From positions 1 to 64,000 of the IMG/VR virus record IMGVR_UViG_3300044613_003659: a DNA stretch of 64,000 nt, one strand, 5' to 3'. Positions within the stretch are counted from its first letter, which is position 1, and every line of letters begins with the position of its first letter. The position numbers and the translations under genes are program-made. Of the stretch, positions 46,616 to 55,632 are shown one piece after another. This DNA comes from a virus. The notes under the pieces are model-generated. The model did not search any database and had not been told where the DNA came from. It was given only the letters and a program-made list of their open reading frames with translations.

Positions 46616-46644
46616 ATACTACATTTATTTATCTTTGTAGTCAA
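46616..46644 (-). promoter_or_regulatory. Promoter of the leader/tRNA transcript
   Basis: TTGACT-17-TAGTAT with a TAAATA motif in the spacer; ATG 10 nt after the -10 box. Confidence 0.7.
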
Positions 46645-46655
46645 CCTGATTTGAT

Positions 46656-46682
46656 AAAAAAGCCCGATAGTTGGGCTTTTTT
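46656..46682. terminator. Intrinsic terminator after pqqA
   Basis: AAAAAAGCCC...GGGCTTTTTT. Confidence 0.8.
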
Positions 46683-46705
46683 ATTTTTAAAAAGTTAACA
46701 ATGAA

Positions 46706-46780
46706 TTAACGATTTGCAATATACATAGTGATTTCAAAACCAAAACGCATATCATTTGCTTGTGGTGTAGTCCATGCCAT
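46706..46780 (-). CDS. pqqA: PQQ precursor peptide PqqA
   Basis: MAWTTPQANDMRFGFEITMYIANR*; W..P...R.GFE..MY with E-X3-Y; SD AAGGAG. Confidence 0.92.
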   Translation of the reverse strand: MAWTTPQANDMRFGFEITMYIANR

Positions 46781-46880
46781 TTTATTTCTCCTTGATTAAA
46801 ATTAACATACTGCACAAGTATGTATCACGATTATACCTTATGTTGCGGTGCATTTGCATCCATGGCATCATGATTTTGTA

Positions 46881-47072
46881 CTAGTGATTTTCTTTAGCAC
46901 CAGTGCCCCATTTTAGTTTTAACCACAATCTTTCGTGTATATAGTGAGCTATAGTCATAAAAATATTAATTACTATAGCACCACTCAAACCTGTCCATAC
47001 TGCTGTAACTAATGTAGCTACTATACGCCATGTTATCGCTCTGATAATTGTTCTTTTATGTGTTTCTGTCAA
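46881..47072 (-). CDS. DUF2061-like small membrane protein
   Basis: ETHKRTIIRAITWR...HERLW..LKWG. Confidence 0.75.
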   Translation of the reverse strand: MTETHKRTIIRAITWRIVATLVTAVWTGLSGAIVINIFMTIAHYIHERLWLKLKWGTGAKENH

Positions 47073-47110
47073 TTGTTTCTCCTAAAAAAAAGCCCCTTTC
47101 GGGGCAAATA

Positions 47111-47506
47111 TTATTTTGTTAGCTTACCTAACATTCGATATCCTTTTGCTGTTGGATGCACACCATCGGGTGATAGTTCAGGTATATTTATAAAAGTATC
47201 GCCATAACTTCGAGCAATCTTTTGTACTATTTCTTGTTTTTGTGGTTGATTGGCAGGCACAATCCAAAACACTCGATCAGATTTTACGCTATGCCTCAGT
47301 GCCACTAGCTCTATTTGTGTATTAAGTAATCTGTAGTCATTGCTGCCCAAACTGATAATTGTAGTCTGGGCAGGTTTGACTTTTCTTATATAGATGTTGT
47401 TCCAATCATGACTGTTAATACCACTTTGTGCATAGGTTACACATTCGGTTCTAACTTGACCAATACCTTTGGCGATACTGTCACCTACTATCAAACATTC
47501 TAACAT
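47111..47506 (-). CDS. SGNH/GDSL hydrolase
   Basis: GDSIA, GSND, DGVHP. Confidence 0.85.
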   Translation of the reverse strand: MLECLIVGDSIAKGIGQVRTECVTYAQSGINSHDWNNIYIRKVKPAQTTIISLGSNDYRLLNTQIELVALRHSVKSDRVFWIVPANQPQKQEIVQKIARSYGDTFINIPELSPDGVHPTAKGYRMLGKLTK

Positions 47507-47516
47507 ACCACTCCTA

Positions 47517-48137
47517 TCAAGACAAAGTTAAACTAGGTTGACTATCAAAGTCTCGAATTAAACTTTGTACAGTATTGGCATATACCTGAGTACTGTGAGA
47601 GTAATCAGCATGATCCACACCAACAGTCAATGCAGTTTGGTTGTCGCGCAGTGTCTTGATCATGTCTGCAGTTAGTTCAAAACGTAAAAAATGCACTGCT
47701 GCTGTTTTAACTTCGTTGCTACGATCAAGATCTTCGTCTGCAATTGCATACACAGGATCATGACCTTCTACTCGAACATACACACGGTCTTCAACTCCGC
47801 GTAGTCGAGCCAACTGTTGTTGTCTTACTGCAGGATCACCGTATTCAAGAGTGAGAGTAGCTTTTAGATTGGTACCTGTGGGAATCAATGGATTGTATGC
47901 ATCAAGTTCATCCTGGATTCCCTGCTTACTAAAAGTACGCTCAATCAACAGCATCTCTTGAATCTGATATTGAACTGTAACACGATCCTCAAAGTGCAAG
48001 GTCATGTTCATGCCCAATTTGATCTGCCTACGCTTACGGTGTTCTACAGCCAGACGCTTGTAGTCTGGACGTTTTGAACTGTACTGTTCAAGAGAATGTA
48101 GGTCTTGATGTGTAAGCATATTAGGCACTTTCAGCAC
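47517..48137 (-). CDS. DUF3501-family protein
   Basis: YQIQEML..E, ELDAYNPLIP, AVHFLRF; adjacent to rubrerythrin. Confidence 0.85.
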   Translation of the reverse strand: MLKVPNMLTHQDLHSLEQYSSKRPDYKRLAVEHRKRRQIKLGMNMTLHFEDRVTVQYQIQEMLLIERTFSKQGIQDELDAYNPLIPTGTNLKATLTLEYGDPAVRQQQLARLRGVEDRVYVRVEGHDPVYAIADEDLDRSNEVKTAAVHFLRFELTADMIKTLRDNQTALTVGVDHADYSHSTQVYANTVQSLIRDFDSQPSLTLS

Positions 48138-48555
48138 GATAGGTGTCTAGAGTTTTCTTGAACTTGCCAGCATGGCTACGCTCGGCCTTGGCCAATGTGT
48201 CAAACCAGTCAGCAATTTCGTCAAAGCCTTCGTCTCTGGCATCACGAGCCATACCCGGATACATATCGGTATATTCGTGTGTTTCGCCATGGATAGCACT
48301 TTCTAGAGCCTGTACGATATCACCAGCTGGCAAACCAGTTTCTGGATCGCCTGAACCGCCGGCAATTAGATATTCCATGTGACCATGTGCATGACCTGTT
48401 TCACCTTCTGCGGTATGACGGAAGATGTTGGCTACGTCAGTTGCACCAGCGATGTCGGCCATGTTTGCGAAATACAAATAGCGACGATTGGCCTTTGATT
48501 CACCTGCAAAAGCATCTTTCAAATGCTGTTCTGTTTTAGTTCCTGTAATTTTCAT
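48121..48555 (-). CDS. Rubrerythrin (short type, no rubredoxin domain)
   Basis: AFAGES.ANRRY, ETGHA, E..EYTDMYP, AERSHA; start MKITG after AAGGAG. Confidence 0.92.
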   Translation of the reverse strand: MKITGTKTEQHLKDAFAGESKANRRYLYFANMADIAGATDVANIFRHTAEGETGHAHGHMEYLIAGGSGDPETGLPAGDIVQALESAIHGETHEYTDMYPGMARDARDEGFDEIADWFDTLAKAERSHAGKFKKTLDTYRAESA

Positions 48556-48736
48556 TTTGATCTCCTTGTTGAAAAAGTGTTGCATTGCATTATATTATAT
48601 ATGACTATTAGGCCTATTGTCAACTCGTTTTTAATAGTTTTTTTATGAATATTTTTTTATTGTTCTAATAGAAAAAATCTAAGTCCGTGTTGTCCAATAA
48701 ATATTTGTGCTTAAGGCTTTCAATTATGGGTGATAA

Positions 48737-50410
48737 ATGAATCGATATGATGAACTTGAATTACTGATCAAAAAATTTACCAGACCGATACCGGACACAG
48801 AAGAATACAATAACAGACTACAAGAAGAATTAGAAATTATTGCAAAGTTAGGTTTTGCCAAACACTTTCTTCGTGTTAGAGAAATATTAGATTTAACAAA
48901 AGACATACCACACATTACCAGAGGTTCAGCAGGTTCAAGCTTGATATGCTACCTTATGGGTATTAGTGATGTAGATCCTATTCAGGAACGTATACCACTA
49001 AGTCGTTTTATGAATCCACGTCGTGATGACTTGCCCGACATCGACTTAGACTTTCCACATTGGCAGCAAGAAACTGTAATGAACAGAATCTTCAAACGGT
49101 GGTCCGGACAGAGTGCTAGAGTATCAAACTATGTGATGTATAAAGAAAAGAGTGCCGTACGTGAAGCAGCCAAACGTTATGGTGCCAAGGGTAGACTCAA
49201 ACGCAATTTCAAGCTTGAGGATGTAGTACCTGCTGAATATGTGGGCGAAGCAGAACGTCTGGCAGACAAGTTGTTAGGTAAGAAACGTTGCATAAGCAAA
49301 CACTGCGGTGGCATATTGATATTTGATCGAGCTGTGCCAAAGAGTTTGATCAATGGTGAAAATCAAATCTTGCTTGACAAATACGAAATCGAAGATCTCG
49401 AACACTTCAAGATTGATATCTTGGCCAATCGTGGACTGAGTCAACTGTGGGAAATAGATCAAAGAGATCTATTAGATTATCCAGAACACGACGAAGCAAC
49501 TGCTGCATTGCTCAGCAGAGGTGATGTGCTAGGAGTAACACAGGCAGAATCACCAGCAATGAAACGACTGTTTAGAGCAATACGTCCTCAAAGTCGTGCA
49601 GACTGTGTGCTAGGTACAGCACTAATTCGTCCTGTGGCCACACAAGGTCGTCGGCGTGCATCAGCGTTTCAAGATTGGACCCGAGATAATTTGTCTGAAA
49701 CTATTGTGTTTGAAGATGATGCTATAGAACTTATATCAGAAATACTAGGGTGTGACCAATATGAAGCAGACATGTGGCGTAGGGCATTTGCTAAGAAGAA
49801 CGAAGAGAAGATGTTTGAGTTCATGCAAAAGGTTGGGGATCATCCTCGTAGAGATGATGTGTTGTTGGCCTTACGTGAATTGAGTCACTTTGGCTTGTGT
49901 CGTGCTCATGCCATCAACCTAGGCAGACTAATTTGGGCACTAGCGTATCAAAAAGCACATAATCCAACTCTATTCTGGCAAGCTGCTCTCAAACACTGTC
50001 AAGGCAGTTATGCCAGATGGGTGTACTGGCAAGAAGCCAAACTGGCAGGAGCTGTTCCAGCTGTAGGTGAAGGCGGTGAAGTGGCAGACTTGTTACAAGA
50101 AGGTCGCTGGCGTAGTGGTAGATTTATCCCGGTATGTCAAGAAATTCGTAAACCCGGGCAGGTAGAATTCTGTGGCCTAGTTGCCAACTATCGTGTGTTT
50201 AAAAGTGGTCCCAAAGAGTACATTACTTTTGCTACTCTAGGAACCGGTAACGGTAGATACCTAGATGTGATATTACCACATGCCACCAGTTTTCATGAAC
50301 AGCCTATCTTGTGGGGAACGGGCAAGTTGGGGTATAAAAATAATTCAGAATATGTTACAGTATATCGTAGCAAGAAAATGAAACTTGCAGATATCGCACA
50401 TATAACATGA
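48737..50410 (+). CDS. Compact DNA polymerase III alpha (DnaE)-like polymerase lacking the PHP domain
   Basis: RGSAGSS, PDIDLD, HCGG, KIDIL, C-terminal OB-like region; 557 aa. Confidence 0.88.
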   Translation: MNRYDELELLIKKFTRPIPDTEEYNNRLQEELEIIAKLGFAKHFLRVREILDLTKDIPHITRGSAGSSLICYLMGISDVDPIQERIPLSRFMNPRRDDLPDIDLDFPHWQQETVMNRIFKRWSGQSARVSNYVMYKEKSAVREAAKRYGAKGRLKRNFKLEDVVPAEYVGEAERLADKLLGKKRCISKHCGGILIFDRAVPKSLINGENQILLDKYEIEDLEHFKIDILANRGLSQLWEIDQRDLLDYPEHDEATAALLSRGDVLGVTQAESPAMKRLFRAIRPQSRADCVLGTALIRPVATQGRRRASAFQDWTRDNLSETIVFEDDAIELISEILGCDQYEADMWRRAFAKKNEEKMFEFMQKVGDHPRRDDVLLALRELSHFGLCRAHAINLGRLIWALAYQKAHNPTLFWQAALKHCQGSYARWVYWQEAKLAGAVPAVGEGGEVADLLQEGRWRSGRFIPVCQEIRKPGQVEFCGLVANYRVFKSGPKEYITFATLGTGNGRYLDVILPHATSFHEQPILWGTGKLGYKNNSEYVTVYRSKKMKLADIAHIT

Positions 50411-50703
50411 AATCAAGAATACACCTTTACCCACACACAGGACCCGGAACTCGCGGCTATATTGTGGCCGAACGATCTGCATTGAGATCATTAGCCAGGC
50501 ATCTCGAAGACGCTGCTAGAGGCATTGTTGGATTTGAAACAGTTCGATGCTATGGATCAGATGGGCACGAATACGAACTAGTAATAGTGTGTGATGTATC
50601 AGAAGATGAATGGCAAAACTTGCCGGTACCCGATGATAAAAATTCTGATCCCAGCAAGTTAACAGTGGTCAAAACTTTTGATGAACTAAGAGGAAATACC
50701 TAG
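50407..50703 (+). CDS. Hypothetical protein coupled to DnaE
   Basis: ATGA overlap. Confidence 0.6.
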   Translation: MKSRIHLYPHTGPGTRGYIVAERSALRSLARHLEDAARGIVGFETVRCYGSDGHEYELVIVCDVSEDEWQNLPVPDDKNSDPSKLTVVKTFDELRGNT

Positions 50704-50892
50704 CTATTTCTTCTTGTAACTACTACACATCATTTCAAATTCTGACTGTTTAGACTGTATTTGTCCGTAGCTGGCTTTTGGATTACGCTGTCTGTATTCT
50801 TCTTTTTGTCTTTCAATACAGGCATCATATTCATTTGAACATCCTGCTAACGACATTAATACTAATAATACCACAACAATTGCTTGTAACAT
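50704..50892 (-). CDS. Small lipoprotein
   Basis: Lipobox LAGC. Confidence 0.65.
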   Translation of the reverse strand: MLQAIVVVLLVLMSLAGCSNEYDACIERQKEEYRQRNPKASYGQIQSKQSEFEMMCSSYKKK

Positions 50893-50903
50893 TTTTTTAG
50901 CTC

Positions 50904-51149
50904 CTAAACGTATTCACCAAAATTCATTGGAACAAATTCACTGGCGGGTTTGAACACAGGTTTATTAGATTCTGGGTCAAATTTTATACTAAACCCTACA
51001 AGTTGACCTTCGTCAATTATTACTTCCATATCTGTAACTTGTTTACCCGTTTCCCGCTCAACTGCGGCAACAATAATACTCTTAGCTACTTCGGCATCTA
51101 TGTTTGCTGTCATTGCAACATCAATTTTAAAGTTATATGGCATTCGCAC
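50904..51149 (-). CDS. Hypothetical protein
   Basis: 81 aa, SD AAGGAG. Confidence 0.6.
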   Translation of the reverse strand: MRMPYNFKIDVAMTANIDAEVAKSIIVAAVERETGKQVTDMEVIIDEGQLVGFSIKFDPESNKPVFKPASEFVPMNFGEYV

Positions 51150-51164
51150 TCCTTATACAATAAT

Positions 51165-51803
51165 TTATCTACTCATTAGATTATTAACAAAATCCAGCAA
51201 GTAACTGTGTTTTGGTGCTTGCCAACGTCGTCTCATCCATGAGTAATCTTGATACCAATGCTGTTCCGCTTCAGGATGACACCCAATCAGTCCTATTCTA
51301 TCTTGAATAATGGCCATTGGTGCTCCGTTTGGATATGATGCAATTGTTTCATATCCTGTGCCATAATAAGTACAACCATCATAAAAATACATACTTGTTT
51401 GCACACCTTGCCAATTTACTGCCATTTCTTTAGCGTGTGGCCTACGAGTGCAAGCGGTAGGATGTGTTATGTATTGTTGTACTCTAATACCATTCATCAA
51501 ACCAAAGTAATCTGTATCTGCCCAATATGCGCCCATACAAATGCCCAGATAATGACCGCCGGCTGCTACATAATTTCTGATGTCACGTTGATGTATACGC
51601 ATTAGATAATCATAACTATCTGCTTCGCCCACTCCGCCTGGCACAGCGATCAGATCTACATCCGTGAAAAAATCCGTTTCAAGCTCGTGTCGTGTGAAGA
51701 TTTTGAAGTTGTAATACTGCCCTAATGCTCTTATAATGCCGTTAGCCGACTGCACAGAGCATTTTGGTTGATGAATAAACAGAGCAATAGTGGCTCGGCG
51801 CAT
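51165..51803 (-). CDS. BPL_N / class I glutamine-amidotransferase-like protein
   Basis: VPGG, YLGICMGAY, HPE. Confidence 0.8.
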   Translation of the reverse strand: MRRATIALFIHQPKCSVQSANGIIRALGQYYNFKIFTRHELETDFFTDVDLIAVPGGVGEADSYDYLMRIHQRDIRNYVAAGGHYLGICMGAYWADTDYFGLMNGIRVQQYITHPTACTRRPHAKEMAVNWQGVQTSMYFYDGCTYYGTGYETIASYPNGAPMAIIQDRIGLIGCHPEAEQHWYQDYSWMRRRWQAPKHSYLLDFVNNLMSR

Positions 51804-51835
51804 GGTTGATATAATTTTACTTTGTATTTAGCGAT

Positions 51836-51860
51836 AAAAAAAGCCCTTTCGGGCTATTTT
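51836..51860 (-). terminator. Intrinsic terminator after the porin
   Basis: AGCCCGAAAGGGCTTTTTTT. Confidence 0.8.
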
Positions 51861-51903
51861 GTGCTGGTTACGAGTTCCAGCTGCACTCTATCATTGTGCT
51901 CGA

Positions 51904-53310
51904 TTAAAAGTTCAATTGGCTTCTAAACATAATTGCTTGGTCGCCATTTACACGGCTACCTGAACTACCAACTAATTGATCAAACTTGGTGTCAACATAA
52001 TTGACGGTGAATCGTAGATTGTCAGTGGCAAACCAAGTTAGGCCGTATGTGATTGCTGTAGCACGGTTAGTTTTGCCAGCAACCACTGTGATCGGGCTAG
52101 CATCAAACTCACTGGCTCGTATACCCACTTGCCAAGCACCGCGTCCACCTTTGTCTACAGGATTAGCGGGTTTAACTGAACTAAACACCCCATCCCGATA
52201 GTTATAGCTTTCACCGGTTAAATTGTACACAGCTTGAACATAATAACCTTTAATTTCTTGATCTGAACCTGTAGCAGGATCGTATCGAAAGTTAAATTGT
52301 TCTGCTTGTACCTTGAATGCATTGTAAGCAAATGCAGCTTCTAAGCCTTGACGAGTTCTATTAGTTACGCCACTCAGAGCAGGTCCAGTGAAGAATGTAT
52401 TAGCTGAACGCGATTCTGTTCTGCCACTGGATGGAGTAACACCGCCTTTGATTTCACCTGTACTGTATGCAGCTCCCAAATGTGCAACGTAAGTTTTTAC
52501 ACCTTGTATGTCGGCAATATTGGTAGTAACACGACCAATATAGTCAAAGCCATCACTTACAGCATCCTTGTTGGCACGACCTCGGCTGGCTGCTAGAGCA
52601 TATGTAAAACCAGGTTTTGGTACACCATGTAACATGAAGCCAGTTTCCTTACCAGGAATGAACTCGCCTTCGACCTGGCCGATCAAACTACGCTCCATAA
52701 AGTCTATGTTATTAGAACTAGTTAATTGTTCCAAGCTGAATGGCATTTTGAATAAACCAAATTGAAACTGAGCTTCTGGATTAGCAGCGTAGTTTACCCA
52801 GGCCACATCCATGGTAGTAGTCGAACTTGATGCTCCAACATCGTTGCCTAAGTTGCCTACAATCTCATATTTGAAATCTTTTTGAAATTGACCACGTACA
52901 CCAAACCTAGCTCTACGTACTTCTGCTAGGTTCTGGTACGAATCCGTGGTTTGACCTGCACCATAAGCGGGTGAGTACTGACGATAGTCCATGTGTAATC
53001 GACCTGTAAGTTGGATGGTACTGTTTCCATCCTTGCTTTTGAGTCCGATTCCATTTTCAGCGACCGATCCATCGTTTGCTCTGGCTTGTCTGTATTTGAC
53101 TGATTCACTGACATCTTTGTCGATTCTTTGTTCGGCAAACTTTTTGTTTTCCGCTTTTTCTTCGTATGCTTTGACTTTAACATCATATTCTGTTTGTGTC
53201 AATACGCCTTTGTCTCTCAAGATGTTAAGTGTTTCTAAATACTCGTCTGCATATGCAGGTACACTGAATACCAAACTGATAGCCAATGCAATTTTTGTAA
53301 ATGCTTTCAT
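51904..53310 (-). CDS. Phosphate-selective porin (OprO/OprP family)
   Basis: Signal peptide, RRARFGV.G, FSLEQLTSS...FMERS, C-terminal Phe; follows pstS. Confidence 0.9.
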   Translation of the reverse strand: MKAFTKIALAISLVFSVPAYADEYLETLNILRDKGVLTQTEYDVKVKAYEEKAENKKFAEQRIDKDVSESVKYRQARANDGSVAENGIGLKSKDGNSTIQLTGRLHMDYRQYSPAYGAGQTTDSYQNLAEVRRARFGVRGQFQKDFKYEIVGNLGNDVGASSSTTTMDVAWVNYAANPEAQFQFGLFKMPFSLEQLTSSNNIDFMERSLIGQVEGEFIPGKETGFMLHGVPKPGFTYALAASRGRANKDAVSDGFDYIGRVTTNIADIQGVKTYVAHLGAAYSTGEIKGGVTPSSGRTESRSANTFFTGPALSGVTNRTRQGLEAAFAYNAFKVQAEQFNFRYDPATGSDQEIKGYYVQAVYNLTGESYNYRDGVFSSVKPANPVDKGGRGAWQVGIRASEFDASPITVVAGKTNRATAITYGLTWFATDNLRFTVNYVDTKFDQLVGSSGSRVNGDQAIMFRSQLNF

Positions 53311-53319
53311 TTCGGTTCC

Positions 53320-54345
53320 TTATTTCCAAATTGGGTTACCATCAGGACCACGGAAATCTCGCTTCCAGTTTTCCTGAACTAGTTTAATTACATCGGCTGG
53401 CATGTGAACATACTCTAACTCTGTTGACATCTGGCCACCGTTCTTGTAGCTCCAATCAAAGAACTTGAGAACTGCACGACCTGTCAGTGCATCTGCTTGC
53501 TGCTTGTGCATGAGAATAAAACTTGCACCTGTAGCTGGCCAAGCATCCTTACCTGTTTGCCATGTCAGTAATAAATACATACCTGGTGCATTCGCCCAAT
53601 CAGCATTAGCGGCTGCTGCTTTGAATGTAGTGTCGTCGGGTAATACAAAGTTACCATCACGATTCTTTAGTGCTGCGTATGGAATCTTATTGCGTTTTGC
53701 ATATGCATATTCAACATAACCAAATGCACCTTTCAGTCTTTGTACTTGTGCTGCAACACCTTCATTACCTTTACCACCTACACCAACTGGCCACTTGACT
53801 GCTGTACCTTCGCCGACTGTCTTTTGAAAGTCTGCGTTGGCTTTACCCAAAAAGTTTGTCCAGATAAATGTGGTGCCTGAACCATCAGCACGATGAACTA
53901 CAGTGATGTTCATTGCAGGCAAGTTTACACCAGGATTCAAATCAGTAATTGCTTTGTCATTCCATTTGGTAATTTTACCAAGATGAATGTTTGCAATTAC
54001 ATCAGGTGTCAACTTTAGTTTACCTGCATCAACACCATCAAGATTGTAAACTGGTACAACACCACCAATGATTGCTGGAAACTGTACTAGACCTTCTTTG
54101 TCTAGTTCTTCTTTTTTGAGTGGCATATCACTTGCACCAAAGTCAACTGTCTTGGCTTTGATTTGACGAATACCGCCACCTGAACCAATTGACTGATAAT
54201 TTAAACCAATGCCAGTTTGTGCTTTGTAGGCTTCTGCCCATTTAGCGTAGATAGGAAAAGGAAATGTTGCTCCTGCTCCAGTGAATTCTGCGGCTGTTGC
54301 AGTAACAGCTAGGGTAGCAAATACAATTGCCAAAAGTTTTTTCAT
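53320..54345 (-). CDS. pstS: Phosphate ABC transporter periplasmic binding protein
   Basis: GAGATFP, YQSIGSGGG, FGASD, RADGSGTT; start MKKLL after GGAG. Confidence 0.96.
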   Translation of the reverse strand: MKKLLAIVFATLAVTATAAEFTGAGATFPFPIYAKWAEAYKAQTGIGLNYQSIGSGGGIRQIKAKTVDFGASDMPLKKEELDKEGLVQFPAIIGGVVPVYNLDGVDAGKLKLTPDVIANIHLGKITKWNDKAITDLNPGVNLPAMNITVVHRADGSGTTFIWTNFLGKANADFQKTVGEGTAVKWPVGVGGKGNEGVAAQVQRLKGAFGYVEYAYAKRNKIPYAALKNRDGNFVLPDDTTFKAAAANADWANAPGMYLLLTWQTGKDAWPATGASFILMHKQQADALTGRAVLKFFDWSYKNGGQMSTELEYVHMPADVIKLVQENWKRDFRGPDGNPIWK

Positions 54346-54397
54346 TCTGTAATCTCCATTTAATGTGCGATGCACAATAATATTTAAACACACTAAG

Positions 54398-54415
54398 ATT
54401 ACAATTCCGTTACAA
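54398..54415 (-). promoter_or_regulatory. Putative Pho box
   Basis: TTGTAAC-N4-TTGTAAT, an 11-bp-period direct repeat resembling CTGTCAT-N4-CTGTCAT upstream of pstS. Confidence 0.65.
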
Positions 54416-54445
54416 AATCAGGTTTTTAACAAATTATTTTGCCAT

Positions 54446-54472
54446 AAAAAAAGCTCGCCGAAGCGAGCTTTT
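54446..54472. terminator. Intrinsic terminator
   Basis: AAAAAAAGCTCGC-CGAA-GCGAGCTTTT. Confidence 0.85.
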
Positions 54473-54488
54473 GCTTTGACTTCTACGC

Positions 54489-54758
54489 TTAGTCAACTAG
54501 GCCCATTGCAATAGCTTTGTAACCAGCTGCAATAATCTTACGGCTGGCCTTACCATGACGGTATTCGGTTACACGAACGCCATTACCTGCTTTACGGGTA
54601 TTAGCATATACAGGAAAACCTGCATAACGAATTTCGCTGATGGTAGCACGTGGATTCTTGATTGAGAATCGCTTTGTGATCTGGCTAGCAGTCAGGGACT
54701 CACCGTCAAGGACGAGAGCACGGAACAACTTTCCTTGTTTTGTGTTTAAATCAAACAT
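54489..54758 (-). CDS. Small winged-HTH-like DNA-binding protein
   Basis: LTASQI...NPRATISEIR..G. Confidence 0.6.
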   Translation of the reverse strand: MFDLNTKQGKLFRALVLDGESLTASQITKRFSIKNPRATISEIRYAGFPVYANTRKAGNGVRVTEYRHGKASRKIIAAGYKAIAMGLVD

Positions 54759-54809
54759 CTAATATCTCCTAAATTAAGATATGCTGTACGACAGCATTCA
54801 AGTATTATA

Positions 54810-55019
54810 TTAGATTGTTTTGGATTTTGCAACGACTTTGTTCTTCTTTTTGTTTTTTTTCTTTACCAAACTCCAAGAGCCATCTTTGTTATCCACCCAT
54901 TCTAACACATCACCTTCTTGCCATCCTAGATCGGCTAGTATTTCGTCTGTGAATGGCAGTAAAAGATCACCAGTAACTGGGTCTTCTTCCAGTGTAACAG
55001 TCCAACTCTTATTCGCCAT
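54810..55019 (-). CDS. AbrB/MazE-like small protein
   Basis: LLPFTDEIL..LGW.EGD.LEW. Confidence 0.6.
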   Translation of the reverse strand: MANKSWTVTLEEDPVTGDLLLPFTDEILADLGWQEGDVLEWVDNKDGSWSLVKKKNKKKNKVVAKSKTI

Positions 55020-55180
55020 CTTTATCGCCGCGATTTCGAGCTGAACGGGTTTTAGCTGAACGTTCTTTAATTTTTACAAACTCACGAATTAAATGTCTTT
55101 CAACTTCTTTATTGAAGGACATAATTGCCATTGTTTTTTCAGACTTGTGAATTTTTACTGCTCTTGGATCGTATCCCATT

Positions 55181-55588
55181 TTAGTTTCCTTTCAGTTCAT
55201 TTATGTGTTTACAGCTCTGTCTAAATTGAAATCCCGGACATGTACATGACCAAGCATTGTTAGAATTAATTACAACGTATTTACTACCACGACTTCCGTC
55301 AACCGAATATATTTTTTCTTGATTTTTTGTTTGTGTTTTGCTTGCTATACGACCGTCTGCGTACACAATATCGATTACACGGTCAAGTGCAATTTCTCTA
55401 GTACGTACAGGACTGTCAAAATCTGTTACGATTCTAACAAAATTTGGGGGAGTAAATTTTGTTGCTTTTTCAACAATGCCAGTAATTGTTGTTTTGTTAA
55501 CTTTTAATTGTCCTATAACGTAGCTAGGAAACTCAAAAGTAATAGCAACTTTGCAACCTGGATCCGGATTAGAGAATTGTGTATTCAT
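55181..55588 (-). CDS. SWIM zinc-finger protein
   Basis: CTCPGFQFRQSCKH. Confidence 0.75.
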   Translation of the reverse strand: MNTQFSNPDPGCKVAITFEFPSYVIGQLKVNKTTITGIVEKATKFTPPNFVRIVTDFDSPVRTREIALDRVIDIVYADGRIASKTQTKNQEKIYSVDGSRGSKYVVINSNNAWSCTCPGFQFRQSCKHINELKGN

Positions 55589-55632
55589 GCTCTTATTATA
55601 GCAAAGAGCTGAATTCTAGTCAATATGGAATA

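Noticed and set aside
8512-50410. The two DnaE-like ORFs as halves of one trans-spliced protein
   Set aside because: Both contain the RGS motif region, so they overlap in domain content, and no intein termini are present.
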